A stretch of 63,850 bases of DNA, filler included, from Octopus bimaculoides (taxonomy: Eukaryota): NCBI RefSeq assembly GCF_001194135.2. It is 6 parts of 6 records of this genome, joined end to end, with 100 filler letters (N's around TTAATTAATTAA, not from the genome) between each part and the next. Parts side by side here need not be neighbours in the genome. Positions count along the whole stretch, not along the records: positions 1 to 9,294 come from NC_069010.1; 5 more parts are not named here. One strand, given 5' to 3'. The translations under genes were made by a program, and so were the position numbers. Within the stretch, counting starts at the first letter, position 1; each line of letters begins with the position of its first letter. Shown one piece after another: positions 1-9,350 of this stretch. The notes beneath the pieces were generated by a model. That model did no database searches. It saw only the letters and a program-made list of their open reading frames with translations, and had not been told where the DNA came from.

Positions 1-345
1 CATGTCAACGAAAGCCAGGTACAGAGGTTTATCCTTAGCTAGGTATTTCTCCTGCAACTGTCTCACTAGAAATAAGGCATCAGTAGTGCTTTTACCTGGC
101 ACGAACCCAAACTGCATCTCATCTAAATTGATTTGCTCCCTAATTAGTTGGGCTATGACCTTCTCCGTAACTTTCATAACCTGATCTAACAGCTTGATGC
201 CTCTGTAATTATTTGCATCTAAAGCGTCACCTTTACCTTTGTAGCAGTTGACTATGATGCTGCTACACCAGTCATTGGGTATGACTCCTTCGTGTATCAC
301 CTGGTTCGTAATACGGGTGACTAGGCTGTAGCCAACACTGCCAGA
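1..345 (-). mobile_element. RTE-clade LINE reverse transcriptase fragment
   Basis: Minus-strand frame reads IPNDWCSSIIVNCYKGKGDALDANNYRGIKLLDQVMK...EMQFGFVPGKSTTDALFLVRQLQEKY...LAFVDM. Confidence 0.9.
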
Positions 346-528
346 TATTTTATATATATATATATATATACAAGAGTAATATCTAGTAATATAGTCACAA
401 AACAAATATGCTTATAAAGTTCTATATAATGTTAAGCCTTTGTAAACAAATGAAAAAATATACATGTATGTGAGTGTGTGTGTGTTTACATATATATACA
501 CATACACACACATACATACATACATATA

Positions 529-576
<48 letters not shown>

Positions 577-578
<2 letters not shown>

Positions 579-898
579 AGCACTCTGTCGGTTATGACGA
601 CGAGGGTCCCATCTGATACAATCAACAGAACGGCTTGCTCGTGAGATTAACATGCATGTGGCTGAGTATTCCACCAACACGTGCACCCTTAACGTAGTTC
701 TCAGGGAGATTCACCAAGACACAGAGTGTGACAAGGCTGACCCCTTTGAAATACAGGTACAACTCAATTTTGCCACTGGAGTGGACTGGAGCGACATGAA
801 ATAAAGTGTCTTGCTCAAGGACACAACGCGTCACCTGGAATTGAACTCACGGCCTTACAATCATGAGCCGAATGACCTAACCACTAAGCCATGCGCCT
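577..898 (-). mobile_element. tRNA-derived SINE (family D)
   Basis: tRNA-like head ggcgcatggcttagtggttagg...gagttcaa and body tgtgtccttgagcaagacact; homologous to 21407-21728. Confidence 0.8.
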
Positions 899-970
899 TC
901 ACATACATCCATATATATATATATATATACACACACACATACATATATATATACATACATACATATACAC

Positions 971-1135
971 AGGTGCAGGTGTAGCTGTGTGGTAAGAAGT
1001 TTGCTTCCCAATCATATGGTTCCAGGTTCAGTCCCACTGCGTGGCACCTTGGGCAGGTGTCCTCTACTACAGCCGACCAAAGCCTTGTGAGTGGATGTGG
1101 TAGACGGAAACTGAAAGAAGTCCATTGTATTTATG
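971..1135 (+). mobile_element. tRNA-derived SINE (family A)
   Basis: gctgtgtggtaagaag...ggttcagtcccactgcgtggcaccttgggca...gtagacggaaactgaaagaag; many copies in the window. Confidence 0.85.
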
Positions 1136-1139
1136 TGTT

Positions 1140-1172
<33 letters not shown>

Positions 1173-1944
1173 NNNNNNNNNNNNNNNNNNNNNNNNNNNN
1201 NNNNNNNNNNNNNNNNNNNNNNNNNNNNNNNNNNNNNNNNNNNNNNNNNNNNNNNNNNNNNNNNNNNNNNNNNNNNNNNNNNNNNNNNNNNNNNNNNNNN
1301 NNNNNNNNNNNNNNNNNNNNNNNNNNNNNNNNNNNNNNNNNNNNNNNNNNNNNNNNNNNNNNNNNNNNNNNNNNNNNNNNNNNNNNNNNNNNNNNNNNNN
1401 NNNNNNNNNNNNNNNNNNNNNNNNNNNNNNNNNNNNNNNNNNNNNNNNNNNNNNNNNNNNNNNNNNNNNNNNNNNNNNNNNNNNNNNNNNNNNNNNNNNN
1501 NNNNNNNNNNNNNNNNNNNNNNNNNNNNNNNNNNNNNNNNNNNNNNNNNNNNNNNNNNNNNNNNNNNNNNNNNNNNNNNNNNNNNNNNNNNNNNNNNNNN
1601 NNNNNNNNNNNNNNNNNNNNNNNNNNNNNNNNNNNNNNNNNNNNNNNNNNNNNNNNNNNNNCACTAATATAAAAACAGGAATAAATCCGAAGTGAGGAAC
1701 TAGTGTATAACACATATTTTACTCAGGGAAAAAATTTTAAAAAATAAAAATAAGGACGATCCCGAAATATAACAATATCTGTTTCAACACGATTTCGCAT
1801 TAGGAATCTTGCAGAACAAATCCATAAATGTAATTGTTATTATTCAATCTCTTATTTTACATGTAGTTTATGCCACTTAGTACCAAGTTAGAAATAATTT
1901 TGGTCTGTGCCATGTTAGGCTGATAGTCCAAGTACTTTTACAAT

Positions 1945-2218
1945 CTTGCTTCCCAACCACATGGTTCCAGGTTCAGTCTCACTACATGGCACTTTCGGCA
2001 AGTGTCTTCTACTGTAGCCTTGGGCTGACCAAACCCCGTAAATGGATTTGGTAGATGGAAACTGAAAGAAGCCCGTCATATATACAACGGACTTCTTTCA
2101 GTTTCCATCTACCAAATCCACTCCCGAGGCTATAGTAGAAGACACTTGCCCAAGGTACTACACAGTGGGACTGAACCCAGAACCATGTGGTTGGGAAGCA
2201 CACAGCCACTCCTGCACC
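1945..2218. mobile_element. Two family-A SINEs tail-to-tail (inverted repeat)
   Basis: + copy at about 1947-2076 and - copy at 2087-2218, separated by 10 nt. Confidence 0.85.
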
Positions 2219-2237
2219 TATATATATATATATATAG

Positions 2238-2700
2238 TTGAGGGAACCTGTGGAAGAAACAGTTGAGGGAACCCATGGAAGAGGTAGGCCCAGGAAGACC
2301 TGGGCTGAGGTGGTGAGGCAAGACCTTCGAACATTGGGCCTCACCGAGGCAATGACTACTGACCGAGACCTTTGGAAATGTGCTGTGCGTGAGAAGACCC
2401 GGCAAGCCNNNNNNNNNNNNNNGAGCGAGATCGTTGCCAGTGCCCCTGGACTGGGTCTTGTGCGGGTGGCACATAAAAGACACCATTTCGAGCGTGGCCG
2501 TTTTCGTGCGGGTGACACGTAAAAGCACCCACTACACTCTCTGAGTGGTTGGCGTTAGGAAGGGCATCCAGCTGTAGAAACTCTGCCAAATTAGATTGGA
2601 GCCTGGTGTAGCCATCCGGTTTCACCAGTCCTCAGTCAAATCGTCCAACCCATGCTAGCATGGAAAGCGGACGTTAAACAATGATGATGATGATGATGAT
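2238..2700 (+). mobile_element. RTE LINE 3' end with (TGA)n tail
   Basis: VEGTHGRGRPRKTWAEVVRQDLRTLGLTEAMTTDRDLWK C-terminus, then 3'UTR ending in tgatgatgat. Confidence 0.85.
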
Positions 2701-3356
2701 ATATATATATATATTGATCCACTGGCTGATAATTGATGAGGAGTTAGTGACCATCTGTGTCTGTTTCCCATTTGTTCCTGCATTTATTATGTTTTTTTTT
2801 AACTAATTATATATATATGTATATATATATATATTGTGTATGTCTGTATATGTATGCATACATATATGTATAGACTTGCACACACACACACACACATGTA
2901 TTTATGTACAATTTCATCTCGTTTCACTGCACCTGTATATACAACACAAATCCATTGCACACTCACGCATACAACATAACATTTCATATTGTTTTTGCTA
3001 AAAGATATTTTTCCATCAACGCCCACACTTAAGCTCCATTGTACTTCAGTAACGGTCGGTACTCTAATGTCTCTCACTCTCTCTCTCTCGTTTCATACAA
3101 TTAGATTTCCTGTTTCTTGCACAAACAACTCTGCTAGGAAAACGTAACATCAATGTAATCTTGTGGTGTTATTATGTTTGAGATGATAACCGGAGTGAAA
3201 AACAAAAAAATGTCAGAAGGCTTGGTAACTTGAGAAGAATGGAAGAACATGTTGTGTGGCTTTGTTTCTTGTCCTTGAAATTTAATTAAAGGTGTATAGC
3301 AAGGTGTATCTAATGATAAGCAAGTGACATCTTATGCATCACTGTGACATATGTCT

Positions 3357-3556
3357 CTTATCTTTTGCATGTTTCAGTCGTTGGACTGCGGCCATGCTGG
3401 AGCACCACCTTAAAGTGTTTGGGCCGAAGAAATCGACCCCCCCCCCGGACTTATTCTTCATTAGCGCAGTACTTATTCTATTGGTCTCTTTTGCCGAACC
3501 GCTAAGTTACCATGGATGTAAACACACCAACACTGGTAGTCAAGTGGTGATGGGTT

Positions 3557-3560
<4 letters not shown>
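3357..3560 (-). mobile_element. SINE 3' module (family B)
   Basis: tttcagtcg...gactgcggccatgctggagcaccacc...ttttgccgaaccgctaagttac; repeated many times. Confidence 0.8.
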
Positions 3561-3592
<32 letters not shown>

Positions 3593-3736
3593 CTCCTGTC
3601 TTTCTCATATTCATTTAATACAGTAGTACCTTGGTTTACAAACTCCTGATTGTGAATAAATTGTGCTTTATATATATATATCTATATCTATCTATCTATA
3701 TATATATATAGAAAGCATGATACCAGCATAGGTATA

Positions 3737-4204
3737 GGTACCTTTTTTACATGTCGCCATCAGTGGTACCTTTTTTACACGTCACCATCAGCGGTGCCTT
3801 TTTTACATGTCGCCATCAGTGGTACCTTTTTTACATGTCACCATCAGTGGTACCTTTTTTACATGTCGCCATCAGTGGTACCTTTTTTACATGTCACCAT
3901 CAGTGGTACCTTTTTTACATGTCACCATCAGTGGTACCTTTTTTACATGTCACCATCAGCGGTACCTTTTTTACATGTCACCATCAGCGGTGCCTTTTTT
4001 ACATGTCGCCATCAGTGGTACCTTTTTTACATGTCACCATCAGTGGTACCTTTTTTACATGTCACCATCAGTGGTACCTTTTTTACATGTCACCATCAGT
4101 GGTGCCTTTTTTACACGTCACCATCAGCGGTGCCTTTTTTACACGTCACCATCACAGGTGCCGTTTTTACACGTCACCATCACAGGTGCCTTTTGCATGT
4201 CACT
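3737..4204. repeat. 28-bp minisatellite (about 16-17 copies)
   Basis: Unit atgtcaccatcagtggtaccttttttac; produces the 28-aa periodic ORFs in all three frames. Confidence 0.95.
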
Positions 4205-4445
4205 GTCCACGGCTACAAACTCATTTGGCCTGACAATTTCTTCTCAAGCACAGCGGATCGCCAAAGGTCTCGATCATTTGTCATCGCTTCTGTGAAACCC
4301 AACATCTGAAGATCATTCTTCACCACCTCGTCCCATGTCTTCCTGGGTCCACTTTCTCCACAGGTTCCCTCTACAATTTGTGATCGGCACCTCTTGACAC
4401 AGCTGTCCTCGTTCACATGCATCACGTGACCATACAAAGCTTCTC
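4205..4445 (-). mobile_element. RTE LINE C-terminal fragment
   Basis: YGHVMHVNEDSCVKRCRSQIVEGTCGESGPRKTWDEVVKNDLQMLGFTEAMTNDRDLWR; same family as 2238-2700. Confidence 0.85.
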
Positions 4446-4497
4446 TCTTGCAGTCGTGATGGTTGTCGTTACTTCCGTATTTATCTTTGCAGGAACC

Positions 4498-4923
4498 ATG
4501 AGTTTTTCGGGCGGATTGAAACATTTCATACTTCTACAGCAGACAATTGGTAACCAGAAAACAACACTACCTCATCTTTCTCAGAAGATCGACGTCCTCG
4601 CTGGCGAATTATTAACCGGCGATGACCAGATGAATGATGATACTTACCTTCTGTATAATTTGAACCCAGAAAATCCAATTGAATTGCAGTGTGAAGCCAA
4701 CAATGTGAAACTATTGAGTCAGGATGAGTTCCATTTACTTCTACCAATCGCTGCTTGTTCTGAGCGTCTTAAAGTGTTTCGGAATTGGCTCGATGAAGGC
4801 AAGTCATTAAAAATAGGGGACACGGTGACCCTGTATCTGATGAAGCATGAAGTGAATGGAAAGTTGCGGTTTAAAGGGCGCACAGAAGATCAACCAGGCA
4901 CTTTGTTTGGGGTTGAATTAAAT
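4498..4923 (+). CDS. CYLD: CYLD-like deubiquitinase, first coding exon (N-terminus and first half of CAP-Gly 1)
   Basis: Acceptor ttatctttgcag ends at 4492, ATG at 4498, donor AAT|gtaagt at 4924 (phase 0). Translation MSFSGGLKHFILLQQ...LLLPIAACSERLKVFRNWLDEGKSLKIGDTV...GKLRFKG...GTLFGVELN matches, from memory, CYLD motifs FYLLLQE, LLLAITNCEERFSLFKN, GVVRFRG and GIFFGVEL. Confidence 0.88.
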
Positions 4924-5726
4924 GTAAGTTTTTTTTTTTTGTTTTTTTCTTTTTAAGGTTTTATTATGTTCTGTTTTGGTTTGAGTTTTTCATTAATTTT
5001 ATCAGCTGGACAGCGTATATATATATATATNNNNNNNNNNNNNNNNNNNNNNNNNNNNNNNNNNNNNNNNNNNNNNNNNNNNNNNNNNNNNNNNNNNNNN
5101 NNNNNNNNNNNNNNNNNNNNNNNNNNNNNNNNNNNNNNNNNNNNNNNNNNNNNNNNNNNNNNNNNNNNNNNNNNNNNNNNNNNNNNNNNNNNNNNNNNNN
5201 NNNNNNNNNNNNNNNNNNNNNNNNNNNNNNNNNNNNNNNNNNNNNNNNNNNNNNNNNNNNNNNNNNNNNNNNNNNNNNNNNNNNNNNNNNNNNNNNNNNN
5301 NNNNNNNNNNNNNNNNNNNNNNNNNNNNNNNNNNNNNNNNNNNNNNNNNNNNNNNNNNNNNNNNNNNNNNNNNNNNNNNNNNNNNNNNNNNNNNNNNNNN
5401 NNNNNNNNNNNNNNNNNNNNNNNNNNNNNNNNNNNNNNNNNNNNNNNNNNNNNNNNNNNNNNNNNNNNNNNNNNNNNNNNNNNNNNNNNNNNNNNNNNNN
5501 NNNNNNNNNNNNNNNNNNNNNNNNNNNNNNNNNNNNNNNNNNNNNNNNNNNNNNNNNNNNNNNNNNNNNNNNNNNNNNNNNNNNNNNNNNNNNNNNNNNN
5601 NNNNNNNNNNNNNNNNNNNNNNNNNNNNNNNNNNNNAGTCCTCAGTCAAATCGTCCAACCCATGCTAGCATGGAAAGCGGACGTTAAACGATGATGATGA
5701 TGATGATATATATATATATATATATA

Positions 5727-6331
5727 CTCTTACTCTTTTTACTCTTTTACTCTTTTACTTGTTTCAGTCATTTTGACTGTGGCCATGCTGGAGCACCGCC
5801 TTTAGTCGAGTAAATCGACCCCAGGACTTATTCTTTGGATGCCTAGTACTTATTCTATCGGTCTCTTTTTGCCGAACCGCTAAGTTACGGGGACGTAAAC
5901 ACACCACCATCGGTTGTCAAGCGATGTTGGAGGGACAAACACAGACACACATACACAGACATACATACATATATATATAAACTGTAATTTTTGTATAATT
6001 ATTATAATTATTTAGACACTTTAGAGACTGGATACTATAAATTCATTTATTGATTCTTGAAGGAATTGAACACACATATTGTATCTTGCGTTGGACATAT
6101 GGTATTGTTCCTGTGATTTTCCACCCTTATGTATCCTTTTTTACATATATATATATATACATATATACGACAGGCTTCTTTCAGTTTCCGTCTACCAAAT
6201 CCACTCACAAGGCTTTGGTCGGCCCGAGGCTATAGTAGAAGACACTTGCCCAAGGTGCCACGCAATGAGAATGAACCCGGAACCATGTGGTTGGTAAGCA
6301 AGCTACTTACCACACAGCCACTCCTGCGCCT
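5727..6331 (-). mobile_element. Composite A+B SINE (minus) upstream of CYLD exon 2
   Basis: B module at about 5727-5940, microsatellite and about 165-bp insert, A module at about 6168-6331. Confidence 0.8.
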
Positions 6332-6392
6332 ATACGTATACATATCAAACTATGCCTTTCTAATATTTTATTTTATTTCTCTTCCAATGTAG

Positions 6393-6617
6393 TCTCCAAT
6401 AGGCCATAATGACATCAGCAACAGCAACCGATATTTCAACACGGAGCATCCCAACACTGCCATCATTGTGCCCCTCAACAAAATACGGAAATATAACTTG
6501 CCTCTGCAAATCGGAGACCGGGTGGTGTGGATAAGAGACGAAGGAAATGAAAAGGCCACTGTGCGATGGATTGGGAATTTGGACAATAATCCTGAGATCA
6601 CCGTAGGGGTTGAATTT
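6393..6617 (+). CDS. CYLD: CYLD-like coding exon 2 (end of CAP-Gly 1 and first half of CAP-Gly 2)
   Basis: Acceptor tttctcttccaatgtag, 225 nt, phase 0-0, donor TTT|gtaagt. Translation SPIGHNDISNSNRYF...PLQIGDRVVWIRDEGNEKATVRWIGNLDNNPEITVGVEF. Confidence 0.88.
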
Positions 6618-6634
6618 GTAAGTATTCTTCACTA

Positions 6635-7030
6635 TTGCTTGTGGTAAGGAAGCTTGCTTACCAACCACATGGTTCTGGGTTCAGTCCCACTGCGTGACAC
6701 CTTGGGCAAAGTGTCTTCTAATAAAACCTTGTGAGTGGATTTGGTAGACGGAAACTAGAAGAATCCTGTTGTATGTGTGTATGTATGTATGTATGTATGT
6801 ATTTGTTATTTGTGTATGTCCCCCCCACCACCACCACCACCACCATCACTTAACAACCGAAGTTGGTGTGTTAACGTCCACATAACTTAGCGGTTCGGCA
6901 AAAAGAGAACCGATAGAATAAGCACCAGGCTTACAAGCAATAAGTCTTCGGGTCGATTTGTTTGGCTAAAAGCAGTGCTCCAGCATGGCCACAGTCAAAT
7001 GACTGAAATAAGTAAAAGAATAAAAGAAAG
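6635..7030 (+). mobile_element. Composite A+B SINE (plus) downstream of CYLD exon 2
   Basis: A module at about 6635-6772, (GTAT)n, B module at about 6805-7030. Confidence 0.8.
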
Positions 7031-7136
7031 AACATGTGTGTGTGTGTGTGTGTGTGTATGATGGTGGGATGGCTGTGAGGGGTGTCAGCGCAGTTGTGAC
7101 TGAGGCACCCGTGTAGCTGTTTGACTGTAAGGAGTA

Positions 7137-7290
7137 TTGGTGTGGTTGTGAGAAGTTTGCTTCTCAACCATATGATTTCAAGTTCAATTCCACTGCTTTG
7201 CACTTTGGATAAGTGTCTTTTGCTATAGCTTCCATGCTGACCAAAATCTTATCTGTGGACTTGGTAGACAGAAAGTGAAAGAAGTCCATC
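7137..7290 (+). mobile_element. Degenerate family-A SINE
   Basis: gtggttgtgagaagtttgcttctcaaccatatg...ttggtagacagaaagtgaaagaag. Confidence 0.7.
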
Positions 7291-7315
7291 TCTTTCTCTC
7301 TCTATATATATATAT

Positions 7316-7347
<32 letters not shown>

Positions 7348-7779
7348 GAATTTAAGGATTGGAGAAAACGCATGTTATAATTGCATACTTTATTCCTACA
7401 TATGTTTCAAAGGATTACAACCTGTGTGATCCATAGGGATCTTTGATATTAAAATTGTAACCTTCTCATCAGGGAAAGCATGGGAATCANNNNNNNNNNN
7501 NNNNNNNNNNNNNNNNNNNNNNNNNNNNNNNNNNNNNNNNNNNNNNNNNNNNNNNNNNNNNNNNNNNNNNNNNNNNNNNNNNNNNNNNNNNNNNNNNNNN
7601 NNNNNNNNNNNNNNNNNNNNNNNNNNNNNNNNNNNNNNNNNNNNNNNNNNNNNNNNNNNNNNNNNNNNNNNNNNNNNNNNNNNNNNNNNNNNNNNNNNNN
7701 NNNNNNNNNNNNNNNNNNNNNNNNNNNNNNNNNNNNNNNNNNNNNNNNNNNNNNNNNNNNNNNNNNNNNNNNNNNNNNN

Positions 7780-7810
<31 letters not shown>

Positions 7811-7824
7811 TACATACATACATT

Positions 7825-8207
7825 GTTGGCACTCCGTCGCTTACGACGTCGAGGGTTCCAGTCGATCCGATCAACGGAACAGCCTGCTCGTGAAATTAAC
7901 ATGCAAGTGGCTGAGCACTCCACAGACACGTGTACCCTTAACGTAGTTCTCGGGGGATATTCAGCGTGACACAGTGTGACAAGGCTGACCCTTTGAATTA
8001 CAGGCACAACAGAAACAGGAAGTAAGAGTGAGAGAAAGTTGTGGTGAAAGAGTACAGCAGGGTTCGCCACCAACCCCTGCCAGAGCCTCGTAGAGCTTTT
8101 AGGTGTTTTCACTCAATAAACACTTACAACGCCCAGTCTGGGAATCGAAACCGCGATCCTATGGCCGCGAGTCCGCTGCCCTAACCATTGGGCCATTGCG
8201 CCTCCAC
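7825..8207 (-). mobile_element. tRNA-derived SINE sharing the family D 3' half but with a different head
   Basis: Head gtggaggcgcaatggcccaatggttagggcagcggactcgcgg...tttcgattccc; 3' half matches 577-780 and 21550-21728. Confidence 0.75.
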
Positions 8208-8394
8208 ACATACATACATACATACATATATATTATCATTATTATTTATAGGATTGTAAATCTCAGTGCCGTATAAAAAAACCATTCACACAGAAAGCAT
8301 ATAGAAGAGTTTGTTTACATAAAAACAAATACAAACTAATCTATAGTTCTTAAATTTGACAGAAATGGGGAGGCTGATTCTGTCTCTCTTTCTC

Positions 8395-8413
8395 TATCTA
8401 TCTATCTCCATCC

Positions 8414-8485
<72 letters not shown>

Positions 8486-8544
8486 GTCTATCTATCTATC
8501 TATCTCTATCTATCTATCTCCATCAATCTATCTATCTATCTATG

Positions 8545-8579
<35 letters not shown>

Positions 8580-8638
8580 GTCTATCTATCTATCTATCTC
8601 TATCTATCTATCTCCATCAATCTATCTATCTATCTATG

Positions 8639-8673
<35 letters not shown>

Positions 8674-8828
8674 GTCTATCTATCTATCTATCTCTATCTA
8701 TCTATCTCCATCAATCTATCTATCTATCTATGTCTATCTATCTATCTATGTCTATCTATCTATCTATCTATCTATCTCTGTCTATCTATCTAGCTCTGTC
8801 TATCTATCTATCTCTGTCTATCTATCTA
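8395..8828. repeat. (TATC)n microsatellite with higher-order structure, abutting the CYLD exon 3 acceptor
   Basis: About 430 bp of TCTA units; the interruption ctccatcaatc recurs about every 95 bp. Confidence 0.95.
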
Positions 8829-8831
8829 CAG

Positions 8832-8991
8832 GACAACCCTTGTGGTACTGGTACAGGGCTGTACAACAAAGAAAGACTATTTAAAACAAAACCAGGCCAT
8901 GCATCACTCCTACCAATGAATGGCCTTCTCAAGGAATCGGTACTTATGGAACAAACTGAAGCACCAAAGCCGTATATTGGTGTATACGATG
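8832..8991 (+). CDS. CYLD: CYLD-like coding exon 3 (second half of CAP-Gly 2)
   Basis: Acceptor ctatctacag, donor G|gtgagt (phase 1). Translation DNPCGTGTGLYNKERLFKTKPGHASLLPMNGLLKES...; it continues GVEF|DNP as in CYLD CAP-Gly 2 (GVDMDNPIG). Confidence 0.85.
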
Positions 8992-9038
8992 GTGAGTTGT
9001 TCTTCTCAACATTAATTCTGCAGTTTGTTATTACAGCT

Positions 9039-9110
9039 GTTGTTGTCACTTTGTTTGTTGTTGTCACTTTGTTTGTTGTTGTCACTTTGTTTGTTGTTGT
9101 CACTTTGTTT
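9039..9110 (+). repeat. 18-bp tandem repeat x4
   Basis: gttgttgtcactttgttt x4, 47 nt past the exon 3 donor. Confidence 0.9.
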
Positions 9111-9338
9111 GTTGTTGTTCTTGATGTTGAGGCCATTATTACTGTAGCAGATAATTTGGCAAGTTGGCAGAATTTCTTCTCACTTTTAATGTCTTGCGGT
9201 TCACGTTCTGCCAAGGTCAGTTTTGCCTTTCGTCCTTTCAGGGTCAATCGAGTAAGTGCCAGTGAAGCACTGGTGGGGTGGGGGTGGGGGCAGTNNNNNN
9301 NNNNNNNNNNNNNNNNNNNNNNNNNNNNNNNNNNNNNN

Positions 9339-9350
9339 TTAATTAATTAA
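9339..9350. other. Assembly linker TTAATTAATTAA in a 100-bp gap
   Basis: 44 N + 12-mer + 44 N; identical constructs at 25990, 33702, 59068 and 62641. Confidence 0.9.

Noticed and set aside
1012-1715. Long ORFs running through N-gaps (also 4966-5694, 14126-15771, 22509-23525, 60930-61773, etc.)
   Set aside because: They are open only because N codons translate as X.
3737-4204. CRISPR-like array
   Set aside because: Contiguous repeats without unique spacers, in eukaryotic context with no cas genes.
3751-4309. Three overlapping 160-170 aa repetitive ORFs
   Set aside because: Translation of the 28-bp minisatellite.
8356-8793. YLSI-repeat ORF (similar ORFs at 15814-16050 and 17855-18121)
   Set aside because: (TATC)n microsatellite.
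8822-9247. 141-aa minus-strand ORF
   Set aside because: Composite of a degenerate family-C SINE, the 18-bp repeat and the antisense of CYLD exon 3.
9339-9350. Palindromic TTAATTAATTAA occurring five times
   Set aside because: Always centred in 44 N + 44 N; it is a six-frame-stop scaffolding linker, not biology. It does mark unsized joins.
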